A stretch of 43,600 bases of DNA from Thermoproteota archaeon (GCA_027491415.1 JAOZFH010000006.1:1-43600), one strand, 5' to 3'; shown: positions 18,825-28,881, counted from the stretch's first letter. The notes: a model not told the origin generated them from the letters alone. Translations and numbers: made by a program.

Positions 18825-20624
18825 TTGAGTAGAGCGTCCCTGGTCATCTTGGTCTTACTCTTGGCTTCGGTCCCCTCCACACCTCTCGTCTCTTCCGAGG
18901 GTCGGCCTGCCCCGTTCTCAGACTATCGAGAGACCCCCCTGAACAGGGTCCTGTTCCCCCGGATTGGGGCGCCGGCTCTGGCGGAGCCTGGGTCCCGCTT
19001 CGAGGCCTTTGTCGCGTGGGTCACGGATGAGGTGCCGGACCCCGAGGCCGCGTCCTGGGGCGCCTCACTGAAGTCTCTCTACTCCGACGCCGACTCGTAC
19101 GCTCTCACGGTTGAGTCCCAGGAGTTCACCGGCGACTCGTGGCGTCTGATCCTCGCCCTGCCGGGTGACGTCCAGCCTGGCCTCTACAACCTCTCGCTCT
19201 CCGCGGGTGGGGTCAGGTACGTTGAGCCGAACTCGGTGTACGTGCTGGAGCCCGGGCAATCCTCGCTGAGGGTCGCGGTGGCCACCGAGAGCCACTTCAG
19301 CCTGAGGAGGGCCCCGGGAGACGTGGCCTTCCGAGAGTCCTTCATCGACGTCCTGAACACGGCTCAGGCCCTGGGCGTGGACGCCTTCATCCACTTGGGG
19401 GATCTGCTGGGCAACGTGTACGACGAGGAGACCTTCGCCGCCTTCTACCGCCTCCTGGTTCAATCGAGGGTGCCGGTCTTCCTGGTGCAGGGGAACGCCG
19501 ACTGGGACACCGTGGAGCACGACAAGTACTACTGGGACAAGTACCTCGGCCCGATCATGCGGTACAGGGCCGAGTACCTCTGGATCACCGTCGAGGCGAT
19601 GAACACTGACACCGGGAGGGTCTCTGACGACCTGCTCGACCGGGTGGAGGCCGACCTCGCGGGGGCCGAGACCCCCGTGAAGGTGCTCATAGTTCAGTAC
19701 CCCTACTGGCAGAACTCTCCGAACGCTCAGGAGCGGCTCCCCGACATACTCAAGAGTACCAACGTTACCCTGGTCCTGTTCGGTCAGGACGGCACCGACG
19801 AGGTGTTGGAGCCGCCGGATAAGGCCGTGCTCCACGTCGCGCCGAAGACCACGCACAGGGCGGTCAGCGGCGGGTTCAGGCTCCTCGAGATCTCCGAGTC
19901 GGGACTGGTCAGGTACTGGGATGAGAGCGTGCCCAACGGGCTCCTCAACGTCTCGTACCTGCAGCCCAATGACGGGTCCTCGGAGTCGATGGCGGTGAGG
20001 GTCGAGTACGGGATCCCAGACGGGGATTACGGCCTGTCCATGTTTGAAGAGGGTGGGAGGCTGGTCCTCAAGCTGCCCGTGCTACTGAGGGACGTGGGCA
20101 GGGGGATCAGCGTCGAGGGGGCGGAAGTGAGTTGGCAGTCCAGGCGCGGCGGGAAGGTGGCCCTGCTCCTGAGGGCCGAGGTGTCGCCCGGCGGAGACCT
20201 CACGGTGAAGGTCCTCCAGGGGGAGGACGCGACCGCGCCCACGATAAGGGTCTACCCTGACGTGGTGGTGAGGAAGGCCACCCTCTACTACGAGTTGAGC
20301 GACGTGGGGCTGGGGGCCGAGTCCGTGGAGTTCTACTTCAGCGAGGACAACTCGAGCTGGGCTCCCTGCCCCGTCAAGGTGGTGGAAGAGCACCCCCTGT
20401 ACTACATTGAAGCCACCAAGCCGGTGATGTACTACAAGGCCGTAGTGCGGGACGCGGCCGGGAACGTTGGAACCTACTACGGCCAGATAGAGTTCCCGGA
20501 CCTCGGACCCACTCAGACGACTCCCCCGCCAGCGGAGAGAGGTCGGCTTAACCTAATCGCGGTCGGGGTTGCGGCGCTGGCGGCGATAGCCGTCGTCGCC
20601 GCGCTCCTGATGAGGAGGAGGTAG
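18825..20624 (+). CDS. Surface-anchored calcineurin-like metallophosphoesterase-fold protein with degenerate metal ligands
   Basis: Signal peptide, ESH/GDLL/GNAD/GQD variants of the family motifs, C-terminal TM helix plus RRR. Confidence 0.75.
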   Translation: MSRASLVILVLLLASVPSTPLVSSEGRPAPFSDYRETPLNRVLFPRIGAPALAEPGSRFEAFVAWVTDEVPDPEAASWGASLKSLYSDADSYALTVESQEFTGDSWRLILALPGDVQPGLYNLSLSAGGVRYVEPNSVYVLEPGQSSLRVAVATESHFSLRRAPGDVAFRESFIDVLNTAQALGVDAFIHLGDLLGNVYDEETFAAFYRLLVQSRVPVFLVQGNADWDTVEHDKYYWDKYLGPIMRYRAEYLWITVEAMNTDTGRVSDDLLDRVEADLAGAETPVKVLIVQYPYWQNSPNAQERLPDILKSTNVTLVLFGQDGTDEVLEPPDKAVLHVAPKTTHRAVSGGFRLLEISESGLVRYWDESVPNGLLNVSYLQPNDGSSESMAVRVEYGIPDGDYGLSMFEEGGRLVLKLPVLLRDVGRGISVEGAEVSWQSRRGGKVALLLRAEVSPGGDLTVKVLQGEDATAPTIRVYPDVVVRKATLYYELSDVGLGAESVEFYFSEDNSSWAPCPVKVVEEHPLYYIEATKPVMYYKAVVRDAAGNVGTYYGQIEFPDLGPTQTTPPPAERGRLNLIAVGVAALAAIAVVAALLMRRR

Positions 20625-20652
20625 CCCACCTTACCCCTCCACCCCCCTTTTT
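20625..20652 (+). terminator. Pyrimidine tract, candidate terminator
   Basis: cccaccttacccctccaccccccttttt directly after the stop, between convergent genes. Confidence 0.5.
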
Positions 20653-20683
20653 CACCGCGGGAGTTCGAGGGACGCGGGAAAGA

Positions 20684-21571
20684 TCACAGCATCAGCGCCA
20701 CCGGAGACCCGAGCCTCACGCCCAATGACCTGGCCACGGGTCGACACTTGGCCGTGAGGAGCAGGAGCGTTGGTCTCCCCAACCCCTCGGCAGGCTCGGT
20801 CAAGGTCTCGTAGTGGCCCATGCCCTTTGCTATGACCATATCGGACTCCTCTATCGCCTCCAGAGCCTCGCGAGTGGCCTCACCCCCGCGGAACCCCAGT
20901 CGGGGACGGACGGTCGCCGGAATCACGCGCACGCCGCTCGGCACGACTTGGCGAGCCTCATCCACGGTGACGTCGTCGAGTATTGGGCCCGGTTTGGCCA
21001 AAACCGTCACCTCCTTTCCCATGCCGACGAGAAGGTCGATGAGCAGCGCGTCTACCAAGAACTCCCCCAGGTTGTCGCTCATCAGGACCACGGATCTGGC
21101 CCCCTTGATGATGGAATAGGCCTCTCTCGTGCGATCCACCGCGAATCCCCTCGACGCTGCCCTCAAGACCGCCTTGAACGCCTTAGATGGGTCGATAGGG
21201 TGGTCCTGCACCCCCACCTCCACGGCGTTCGCTGCGGCTGAGAGGAGGGCGACCTCCCGAAACCGCTCGTAGCCTTCCGGAATCCCGGACAAGTGCCTCA
21301 AGGCCACCGTCCTGATGCCGTCCCTTACGCTCTCCATGGCCGCCCTCTTCAGCGGGCCCTTGATGTCCTCTATCCCGGAGAGCTCCGACGCCCTCAGGGC
21401 CAGCGCCGTACCGAGGTCGGCGGGAATCGCGTCGTCAGACCACATCGCCCTGAACTCTCTGAGGAGCTGCAGGGCAAGCCTGAAGGCCTCGTCCCTCTCC
21501 AGGTGGGTGAGGGAACTCAGCCTGACAGCACTCGACGAGAGGCATATCGCGCACAGCGGACTTACCTTCAC
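20684..21571 (-). CDS. DUF89/ARMT1-like damage-control phosphatase
   Basis: N-terminal CxxC, DNLGE, GPILDDVT, AKGMGHYETL and AKC.PVA motifs. Confidence 0.85.
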   Translation of the reverse strand: MKVSPLCAICLSSSAVRLSSLTHLERDEAFRLALQLLREFRAMWSDDAIPADLGTALALRASELSGIEDIKGPLKRAAMESVRDGIRTVALRHLSGIPEGYERFREVALLSAAANAVEVGVQDHPIDPSKAFKAVLRAASRGFAVDRTREAYSIIKGARSVVLMSDNLGEFLVDALLIDLLVGMGKEVTVLAKPGPILDDVTVDEARQVVPSGVRVIPATVRPRLGFRGGEATREALEAIEESDMVIAKGMGHYETLTEPAEGLGRPTLLLLTAKCRPVARSLGVRLGSPVALML

Positions 21572-21740
21572 AGGTCAGCGGGCGCAGCCCGCCTCATAAC
21601 CCTGTCCCTATCTCCGCATCCAGACATCCGGACAGTCAAGTCCACGACCTGCCCAGCGCGGTCGGTTGCTGGACCTCGCGCCGTTTTTACCGCCGGATAA
21701 ATCGTTATTTTGGTCCCGGAAAAGTTCTCTAGGTGCGGAG

Positions 21741-22292
21741 ATGAGCCTGAGGGCAATCGAGGAGGACCCCCACAGGAGGGGGGTGCTCCGGGCCGAGGTG
21801 GACATCCCCCACTTCGGCAGGGTCGTGCTCAAGGACATGTTCCTGATGTCTACCCGATGGTGGGCGGACTTCATGGCCGGGCTGACCGTCTTCGTGGGTG
21901 AGAAGGGTCTGAGGCCGGTCTTGTACTACTCCGCCTACAGGATGATGAAGGTCCACGACTCCAAGGGCATAGTCTCAACCAAGGAGAAGCTGTCTCTCAG
22001 CGAGATGCTGGACGTGGCCAGGAGGGTTTACAGGTCCCTGGGGTTCGGCGACATCCTGTCGATCACGTTAGGAGAGGAGAAGGTGGTTGTCAGGGTAAAG
22101 GACTCGTTCGAAGCCAGGGGGAGGAGGTCGGATTCGCCCGTGTGTCACTTCACTGCCTGCCTCCTCGCCGCTCTGGTGGAGGACACGACCGGCATTCGAA
22201 TAGGCCCGATGATTGAGAGGGAGTGCCAGGCCGCTGGGGCGGACGCGTGCACATTCGAAGCGGAGGTCCTCGAGGGAGGAACCCGCAGTTGA
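21741..22292 (+). CDS. V4R-domain protein (CorQ-like candidate sensor)
   Basis: LGFG, SFEA, PVCHF and ERECQAAGADACTFE motifs; stop overlaps the next start (TTGA). Confidence 0.85.
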   Translation: MSLRAIEEDPHRRGVLRAEVDIPHFGRVVLKDMFLMSTRWWADFMAGLTVFVGEKGLRPVLYYSAYRMMKVHDSKGIVSTKEKLSLSEMLDVARRVYRSLGFGDILSITLGEEKVVVRVKDSFEARGRRSDSPVCHFTACLLAALVEDTTGIRIGPMIERECQAAGADACTFEAEVLEGGTRS

Positions 22293-23446
22293 GTCCACCT
22301 GGGGGCCGCGCCGAGGCGATAGCAGTCGTGAGGTCCATCGACGGCTGCGACTCCGCGTGCTCCTACTGCCCGCGCGCCGAGGAGAGGGTCCCTCCCCGTG
22401 GCTTCCTTGACCCCCACAGGGTTGAGGTCTTCTTGGACTCGCTGATAGGCTCTGGCCTGAGGCCCGACGTGTACTTCACGTGTCCTAACCCGCTGGCTCA
22501 CCCTAGGGTGGAGGAGCTGATCGCGGCGGCGACCGACAGGGGCTTGGAATCTCATGTGTTCGTCCCCGCGGCGGCCGGCTCCCGCGAGAGATCTCCAGAA
22601 CGCCTCATGAAAGCAGGCGAGATATTCCTGTTCTGCTACTCGACCTCCGAGCTTAAGCGCGCCAAGAGGTTCGTCAGGAGGCTCCTCGTGGCTGGGAAAT
22701 CCATGAGGTTGATGTCCATCTACGTCCCCGGGGTGAACGACGAAGAGATCACAGAGATGGTGAACATCGGCAGGTCGTGGGGTCTCCAGGTGTGGGTCTC
22801 TCCCCCGGTCTTCTGCCCGGTCACCAGGTGCCCAGCGGATGTGGTCAAGGCTATGCAGGGCAGGGGGTACGACGTCTCAGATCCCTTCGGAGAGTTCATG
22901 GGGATCTACGAGATGAGGGTGACGTTCCACCGGGACTTTCCGGTATACCTCCTCTCAGGCCCCAGATGTCGCAGGGAATGCAGGATAATCTACATGGACC
23001 CGTCCGGCTTGGTTGGCAAGTGCCCCATGCTGGGCCAGCTCAACCCAGCCTACGGGCCGGAGGAACTCCGGAGCATACTCGGCTCGGGGTGCGAGCTGAT
23101 AGAGCGCTCCGCGGCCTACTCGTTCATCCCCTCCCTCAGGCTGGTCACGAAGGACGGTCAGATCCTGGATGAAGACGATCTGGACCTGCTCTCTATGCTG
23201 GAGTCGACGGGGAGCCTCAGCGCCGTCGCGAGGAGCCTCGGGCTGTCCCCCCCAGCGGTGTACAGGAGGCTCAAGAGGATGGAGTCCGCGCTGGGGTTCA
23301 AGCTCTTCGAGTCGTGGAAGGGCGGCGCCGGACGGGGAGGCGTGGTCCTCACGCCGGAGGCCCTCGAGCTGGTGCGGTCCTACCGGGGCTACAAGGCTGG
23401 CCTGGGGATCGTCCGTTTTAACCTCATGTTAAACGAAAGGGCTTAG
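22289..23446 (+). CDS. Radical-SAM-fold protein fused to a C-terminal ModE/LysR-type HTH (candidate regulator)
   Basis: CDSACSYC (CxxxCxxC), C..IYMDPSGLVGKC twitch-like segment, then GSLSAVARSLGLSPPAVYRRLKRME..GGAGRGGVVLT; GGAGGA SD before TTG 22289. Confidence 0.8.
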   Translation: MSPPGGRAEAIAVVRSIDGCDSACSYCPRAEERVPPRGFLDPHRVEVFLDSLIGSGLRPDVYFTCPNPLAHPRVEELIAAATDRGLESHVFVPAAAGSRERSPERLMKAGEIFLFCYSTSELKRAKRFVRRLLVAGKSMRLMSIYVPGVNDEEITEMVNIGRSWGLQVWVSPPVFCPVTRCPADVVKAMQGRGYDVSDPFGEFMGIYEMRVTFHRDFPVYLLSGPRCRRECRIIYMDPSGLVGKCPMLGQLNPAYGPEELRSILGSGCELIERSAAYSFIPSLRLVTKDGQILDEDDLDLLSMLESTGSLSAVARSLGLSPPAVYRRLKRMESALGFKLFESWKGGAGRGGVVLTPEALELVRSYRGYKAGLGIVRFNLMLNERA

Positions 23447-23512
23447 TTAAATTTTTTACCTAAATCGGAGAATTTTTCTTGAGCGGGTTAAAAAAATCCC
23501 TAGGGGGGGTGA
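23417..23512 (+). promoter_or_regulatory. AT-rich promoter/operator region of the coo-hdr operon
   Basis: TTTAAC-N5-GTTAAA at 23417-23433, further GTTAAA at 23446 and 23487, GGTGA SD before cooF. Confidence 0.55.
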
Positions 23513-24136
23513 ATGGCAACCGTCCCTCCGAGCTACCTGGAATACCTCATCTACGTCGACCCTGAGAGGTGCGTGGGATGTAGGAGCTGTGAGATAGCCT
23601 GCGCGGTCGAGCATTCCTCCTCGAAGGAGCTGTTTCAGGCCGTCTTCGAGGACCCTGCGCCCAGGCCGAGGACGAAGGTCGTCCCGGCAGCCGGCGTTTA
23701 CGTCCCCATGAGGTGCATGCACTGTGATCCGGCCCCCTGCGTCGAGGCCTGCCCTACGGGGGCCATGCACAGGACGGACGAGGGCTTCGTCGTATCCGAC
23801 CTCGAGAAGTGCATAGGGTGCAGGACCTGCCTCCTCGCCTGCCCCTTTGGCCACCCGACCTACGACTTTAGGAGGAAGGTGGTGAAGTGCGACCACTGCG
23901 TTGACAGGTTCCGCGTTGGACTACCGCCAGCGTGCGTCGAGGCCTGCCCGACGGGGGCCCTGAGGTACGGCAGGGCGGAGGACATCTTGGACAGGGAGAA
24001 GATCAGGAGGGCCGCGGAGATGGTGCTCGGACTTGCGGAGGCGGCCGTGGTGTACGCCAAGCCCGCCGAGAGGGCTCCCAGGTCCCCCCTGGCATCTCTC
24101 AGGGAGATGTATGAGGCCGTGAGGTGGTCAGAATGA
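23513..24136 (+). CDS. cooF: CooF-type 4x[4Fe-4S] electron-transfer protein
   Basis: CVGCRSCEIAC, CMHCDPAPCVEACP, CIGCRTCLLACP and KCDHC..PACVEACP; ATGA overlap with cooS. Confidence 0.9.
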   Translation: MATVPPSYLEYLIYVDPERCVGCRSCEIACAVEHSSSKELFQAVFEDPAPRPRTKVVPAAGVYVPMRCMHCDPAPCVEACPTGAMHRTDEGFVVSDLEKCIGCRTCLLACPFGHPTYDFRRKVVKCDHCVDRFRVGLPPACVEACPTGALRYGRAEDILDREKIRRAAEMVLGLAEAAVVYAKPAERAPRSPLASLREMYEAVRWSE

Positions 24137-26091
24137 CTGCCGCGGAGGTTGAGAGGGGTAAGCCCGGGTCAGAGAGGGTCTACGAGAGGCTAATGAGGAC
24201 GGCCAGAAGGGAATTCTACGAGTCCGTCTCCATCGACCCCACCGTCCCCAAGCTCCTGGAGAAGGCCGAGATGGATGGCGCCGAGACGGCATGGCACAGG
24301 TACCTGGCTCAGCAACCTCAGTGCGGATTCGGTCTCCTGGGGGTCTGCTGCAGGAACTGCAACATGGGGCCCTGCAGGATCGATCCGTTCGGATACGGTC
24401 CCCAGAGGGGGGTATGCGGGGCCACCGCCGACACCATAGTGGCAAGGAACCTGATGAGGATGCTCGCCGCGGGGGCCGCCGCCCACAGCGACCACGCCAG
24501 GGACATTGTGGAGGTCTTCAAGGGGATACCCGAGGGGTGGGCCAAGGACTACGAGATAAAAGACCCAGAGAAGCTCAGGGGGATAGCTCGCGCCCTCGGG
24601 CTGGAGGTGGAGGGCAGGGAGCTGAACGACCTGGCGAGGGAAGTCGCCGAGATAATGGAGTGGGAGTTCGGCAAGCCCGGGGAGAAGCCCCTCAGGCTCG
24701 TGGAAGCCTACGCCCCCAAGAAGAGGATGGAGGTATGGAAGAAGGTCGGGATAGTTCCCAGGGCGATCGACAGGGAGGTCACGGAGATAATGCACAGGAC
24801 TCACATGGGAGTCGACGCCGACCCGCTCACCCTCATCGCCCAGGGACTCAGGTGCGCCCTAGCGGACGGGTGGAGCGGCTCAATGATGGCCACGCTCCTC
24901 AGCGATGTCATGTTCGGGACGCCGAAGCCGCTCAGGGCGGTGGCCAACCTCGGGGTGCTGAGGGAGGACGCGGTCAACATACTGGTGCACGGCCACAACC
25001 CAGTCCTGTCCATGAAGATAGCCGAGGTGGCCGGCGACCCCGAGCTGGTCCAGATGGCAAAGGACCTCGGCGCGGCGGGCGGGATCAACGTCGTCGGAAT
25101 GTGCTGCACCGGAAACGAGGTGCTCATGAGGCTTGGCGTCCCCATAGCCGGCAACATGCTCCAGCAGGAGCTGGCAATAGCCACCGGCGCGCTCGAGGCC
25201 GTGATCGTGGACTACCAGTGCATCATGCCGGCTATTGTGGACGTCGCCTCCTGCTACCACACCAAGGTGATAACGACGGAGCCCAAGGCGCACATCCCCG
25301 GCGCGATACACGTGGAGTTCGACAAGGCCAACGCCGTTGAGACCGCGAAGAAGATCGTGAAAATTGCCGTCGAGAACTTCAAGAATAGAAACCCTGACAG
25401 GGTAATGATACCGAAGGAGAAGTCAGAGCTGGTGGCCGGATTCAGCGTTGAGGCCATACTAGAGGTCCTCGGAGGCACGCTCGAGCCCCTCGCCGAGGCC
25501 CTCAGGACGGGGAAGATAAAGGGGATCGTCGGGATCGTGGGCTGCGTCAATCCGAAGGTCAGGCACGACCACAGCCACGTCACCCTGACGAAAGAGCTGA
25601 TCAAGAGGGACGTCCTCATTGTGGGCACCGGCTGCTGGGCCATCGCCATGGGGAAGCACGGCCTGCTCCTCCCAGAGGCCGCAGAGCTCGCCGGACCCGG
25701 ACTGAGGGATGTTTGCAAGGCCCTCGGCATCCCGCCGGCCCTTCACATGGGAAGCTGCGTAGACTGCTCTAGGATGCTGATAGCCCTGGCGGCGCTGGCG
25801 GAGCACCTCGGAGTCGACATACCCGACCTCCCGGCGGCTGGTTCCGCGCCGGAGTGGATGAGCGAGAAGGCCGTCTCCATAGGCTCCTACTTCGTGGCTT
25901 CCGGACTACTTGTGCACCTGGGGACGGTTCCTCCGGTGCTTGGCAGCAAGAAGGTCGTCGAGATACTCACCGACAAGGCGGAAGACCTAGTGGGAGGAAA
26001 GTTCCTGGTAGAGCCCGACCCGGTGAAGGCTGCCGAGCTCATCATGGCCCACATCCTGGAGAAGAGGAGGGCGCTGGGCTGGCCGGAGTGA
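24133..26091 (+). CDS. cooS: Anaerobic Ni,Fe carbon-monoxide dehydrogenase catalytic subunit
   Basis: QCGFGLLGVCCRNCNMGPC (D/B clusters); C-cluster ligands in HGHNP, MCCTG, DYQCIMP, VGC, TGC and GSCVD; SEKA. Confidence 0.97.
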   Translation: MTAAEVERGKPGSERVYERLMRTARREFYESVSIDPTVPKLLEKAEMDGAETAWHRYLAQQPQCGFGLLGVCCRNCNMGPCRIDPFGYGPQRGVCGATADTIVARNLMRMLAAGAAAHSDHARDIVEVFKGIPEGWAKDYEIKDPEKLRGIARALGLEVEGRELNDLAREVAEIMEWEFGKPGEKPLRLVEAYAPKKRMEVWKKVGIVPRAIDREVTEIMHRTHMGVDADPLTLIAQGLRCALADGWSGSMMATLLSDVMFGTPKPLRAVANLGVLREDAVNILVHGHNPVLSMKIAEVAGDPELVQMAKDLGAAGGINVVGMCCTGNEVLMRLGVPIAGNMLQQELAIATGALEAVIVDYQCIMPAIVDVASCYHTKVITTEPKAHIPGAIHVEFDKANAVETAKKIVKIAVENFKNRNPDRVMIPKEKSELVAGFSVEAILEVLGGTLEPLAEALRTGKIKGIVGIVGCVNPKVRHDHSHVTLTKELIKRDVLIVGTGCWAIAMGKHGLLLPEAAELAGPGLRDVCKALGIPPALHMGSCVDCSRMLIALAALAEHLGVDIPDLPAAGSAPEWMSEKAVSIGSYFVASGLLVHLGTVPPVLGSKKVVEILTDKAEDLVGGKFLVEPDPVKAAELIMAHILEKRRALGWPE

Positions 26092-26894
26092 TGGCCTTGC
26101 CCCTCAGGGTTCTCGTGGCCGGGAAGGGAGGGGTGGGCAAGACAACGGTGTCCGCCCTCCTCTCTCACTTTTTGCGCGACAGGGGTATGAGGGTCCTGGC
26201 GGTCGACGCCGACTCCGTTCCAAACCTGGGTATAGCGCTGGGCCTACCACCCGAGGTCGCGGGTTCCATAGTTCCCCTCGTGAGGAACGAGGAACTCGTG
26301 GAGCAGAGGACGGGCGCCCGACCCGGCCAGGCTTGGGGGGTCCTGTTTCGAGTCAACCCCAGGGTCGACGACCTGGCGGAGAGGTACGGGGTGAGCGTGG
26401 GAGGCGGCCTGAGCCTGCTGGTCGTGGGCAGCATAGACGCAGCCAAGCAGGGCTGCCTCTGTCCAGCAATTGCGCTGGCAAAGAGGCTCCTGAAGCACCT
26501 GGTCTCCTCCACCGACGAGTCGTCGGCGGTGATCGTGGACTCGGAGGCCGGAGCGGAGGTATTCGGCCGGGGGCTCGCCGAGAACTTCGATCACATGGTG
26601 TGCGTCTCCGAGCCCACGGTGGCCTCACTGGACATCTCCAAGCGCCTCCTCAGGATGGGCCGGCAGCTCGGGATCCGCGAGTTCTCCCTCATCGTCAACA
26701 AGATGCCTGAGAGAGGCGAGTCGCTCAGGGAAGCCATAGAGAGAAGGTTCTCCGGTGAGGCCAGGGCGTTTTTCGTCCCCAGCGACCCCGAGGTCCTGAG
26801 GGCGAGCATCGAGGGTAGGGGGGTGGGTACCCTCCCAGTCGACTCTCCAGCGGTCTCGGCCCTGAGGCGGACCTTCTCTGAACTGTTCGGGTGA
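26091..26894 (+). CDS. cooC: CODH nickel-insertion ATPase
   Basis: GKGGVGKTT, VDADSVPNL, GCLCP and DSEAG.E.FGRG motifs; TGATG overlap with cooS. Confidence 0.95.
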   Translation: MALPLRVLVAGKGGVGKTTVSALLSHFLRDRGMRVLAVDADSVPNLGIALGLPPEVAGSIVPLVRNEELVEQRTGARPGQAWGVLFRVNPRVDDLAERYGVSVGGGLSLLVVGSIDAAKQGCLCPAIALAKRLLKHLVSSTDESSAVIVDSEAGAEVFGRGLAENFDHMVCVSEPTVASLDISKRLLRMGRQLGIREFSLIVNKMPERGESLREAIERRFSGEARAFFVPSDPEVLRASIEGRGVGTLPVDSPAVSALRRTFSELFG

Positions 26895-26898
26895 TCAA

Positions 26899-28878
26899 AT
26901 GGAGTCGTCGGAGCCCAGGGTCGGAGTCTACGTCTGTCACTGCGGCAAGAACATCGCGGGCAAGGTGGATGTGAGGAGGGTGGCCAAGGAGGCTGGAAGG
27001 CACCCGAGAGTAGCCGTCTCTAGGGACTACTTCTTCATGTGCAGCCGGGCGGGGCAAGAGCTCATCAAGAGGGATGTGGAGGCGGGTAAGGTGGACAGGG
27101 TGGTCGTGGCGGCGTGCAGCCCCAAGCTCCACGAGCCCCTCTTCAGGAGGGTCGTGGTCGAAGCGGGCCTCAACCCCGGTTACATGGAGCAGGTGAACAT
27201 AAGAGAGCTGGTCTCCTGGTCAACCGAGGACCCCGAGGAGGCGACTCAGAAGGCCATCAGGTACGTCTTGGGGGGCGTGGAGAAGGTCCTGGCGGCTGAG
27301 CCCATCGAGGTTGGGGAGGCAGAGGTCGTTCGGGAGGCCCTAGTCATCGGAGGCGGGGTCGCTGGCCTCGCCGCGGCCTTGGACCTGGCGGAGAAGGGAA
27401 TCAGGGTTCACCTGGTGGAGCGCTCACCCACGGTGGGTGGGCTCATGGCCCTCTTGGACAGGGTGTTCCCGACCGGCGACTGCTCCCTGTGCATCCTGAC
27501 GCCCATGATGGCCGAGGCCGAGGCCCACCCACTGATCGACATCCACACCACCTCGGAGGTCGTTGAGGTATCCGGCTCGATCGGGGACTTCCGGGTGAGG
27601 GTGAGGAGAAGCCCCAGGTACGTGGATCCAGAGAAGTGCGTGGCGTGCGGGGTATGCGCCTCCAAGTGTCCTGTCGAGGTCCCGAACGAGTGGGACGCCC
27701 TCCTCGGCAAGAGGAAGGCCGCCTACATCCCGTATCCTCAGGCCACGCCGAGGGCCTACGTGATAGACCCGAACGCGTGTCTCTTCATCAGGGAGGGGTC
27801 CTGCGGGGCCTGCGTCGAGGCCTGCCCCACGAAGGCCATAGACCTCCACGAGGTGCCGCGGGAGTTCGAACTCAGGGTGGGGGCCATCGTGGTCGCAACC
27901 GGCGTCAGGGAGTACGACGCATCCAACCTCAAGAACTACGGCTTCGGGAGAATACCGGACGTGATAACCCAGCTCGGATTCGAGAGGCTGATCAACGTGA
28001 CGGGGCCCACCGGGGGGCACCTGAGGAGACCCTCGGACGGCAAGGTGCCGAAGAGAATAGTGTTCATACAGTGCGCCGGAAGCAGGGACGTGAACCACAA
28101 CCCCTACTGCTCGGGAGTGTGCTGCATGGTCTCGCTGAAGCAGGCCGAGATCGTGAGGTCCGAGTATCCGGACTCCAAGGTCTACATCTGCTACATCGAC
28201 ATGAGGACTGCGAAGAAAGGATTTGAGGAGATGTACGAGCGGGTCAGACGAGAGGGGGTAGTCTTCGTCCAGGGGAAGCCAGGGGAGGTCTGGAGGGACG
28301 GCGATGAACTAGTGGTGGAGGTGTTCGACAAGACCCTCGGCAGGAAGCTGGAGCTCAGGGCGGACCTCGTGGTGCTGGCCGCGGGATTGTCCCCGTCGGA
28401 GGGCACCCTGAAGGTTAGGGAGGTGCTCAACGTGGGAGCGGATCTCCACGGGTTCCTCCAGGAGCTCCACCCCAAGCTGAAGCCTGTGGAGACCTCTAGG
28501 CCGGGAATTTTCATCTGCGGTGGAGCCCAAGGCCCCAAGGACATCCCAGATTCGGTCGCTCAGGCGAAGGCGGCCGCCAGCGCTGCGGCTACAGTACTGG
28601 TGAGGGGGAGGGTTGAGGTCACCGGGGAGAGGGCCTACGTGGACCCGGAGCTGTGCGTCGGCTGCATGGCCTGCGCCGACGAGTGTCCGTTCGGGGCCAT
28701 CGTGGAGAGGGAAGGCAGGGCGGAGGTTGTCCCGGCCGCTTGCGCCGGCTGTGGAATCTGCCAGCCCGTCTGCCCGACCGGCGCGATAACCAGGAGGGCC
28801 TACGGGGTCGAGCAGGTGATGAGGCAGGTGGCCGGCCTCTTGGAGGCCGCGCCGACCTCGCGCGCGGGGGAGGTGTAG
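26899..28878 (+). CDS. hdrA: Heterodisulfide reductase subunit A (electron-bifurcating flavoprotein)
   Basis: GVYVCHCG, AACSP, GGGVAG, FPTGDCSLCILTP, inserted and C-terminal ferredoxin domains, QCAGSRD..YCSGVCC, GPKDIP. Confidence 0.96.
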   Translation: MESSEPRVGVYVCHCGKNIAGKVDVRRVAKEAGRHPRVAVSRDYFFMCSRAGQELIKRDVEAGKVDRVVVAACSPKLHEPLFRRVVVEAGLNPGYMEQVNIRELVSWSTEDPEEATQKAIRYVLGGVEKVLAAEPIEVGEAEVVREALVIGGGVAGLAAALDLAEKGIRVHLVERSPTVGGLMALLDRVFPTGDCSLCILTPMMAEAEAHPLIDIHTTSEVVEVSGSIGDFRVRVRRSPRYVDPEKCVACGVCASKCPVEVPNEWDALLGKRKAAYIPYPQATPRAYVIDPNACLFIREGSCGACVEACPTKAIDLHEVPREFELRVGAIVVATGVREYDASNLKNYGFGRIPDVITQLGFERLINVTGPTGGHLRRPSDGKVPKRIVFIQCAGSRDVNHNPYCSGVCCMVSLKQAEIVRSEYPDSKVYICYIDMRTAKKGFEEMYERVRREGVVFVQGKPGEVWRDGDELVVEVFDKTLGRKLELRADLVVLAAGLSPSEGTLKVREVLNVGADLHGFLQELHPKLKPVETSRPGIFICGGAQGPKDIPDSVAQAKAAASAAATVLVRGRVEVTGERAYVDPELCVGCMACADECPFGAIVEREGRAEVVPAACAGCGICQPVCPTGAITRRAYGVEQVMRQVAGLLEAAPTSRAGEV

Positions 28879-28881
28879 CGG

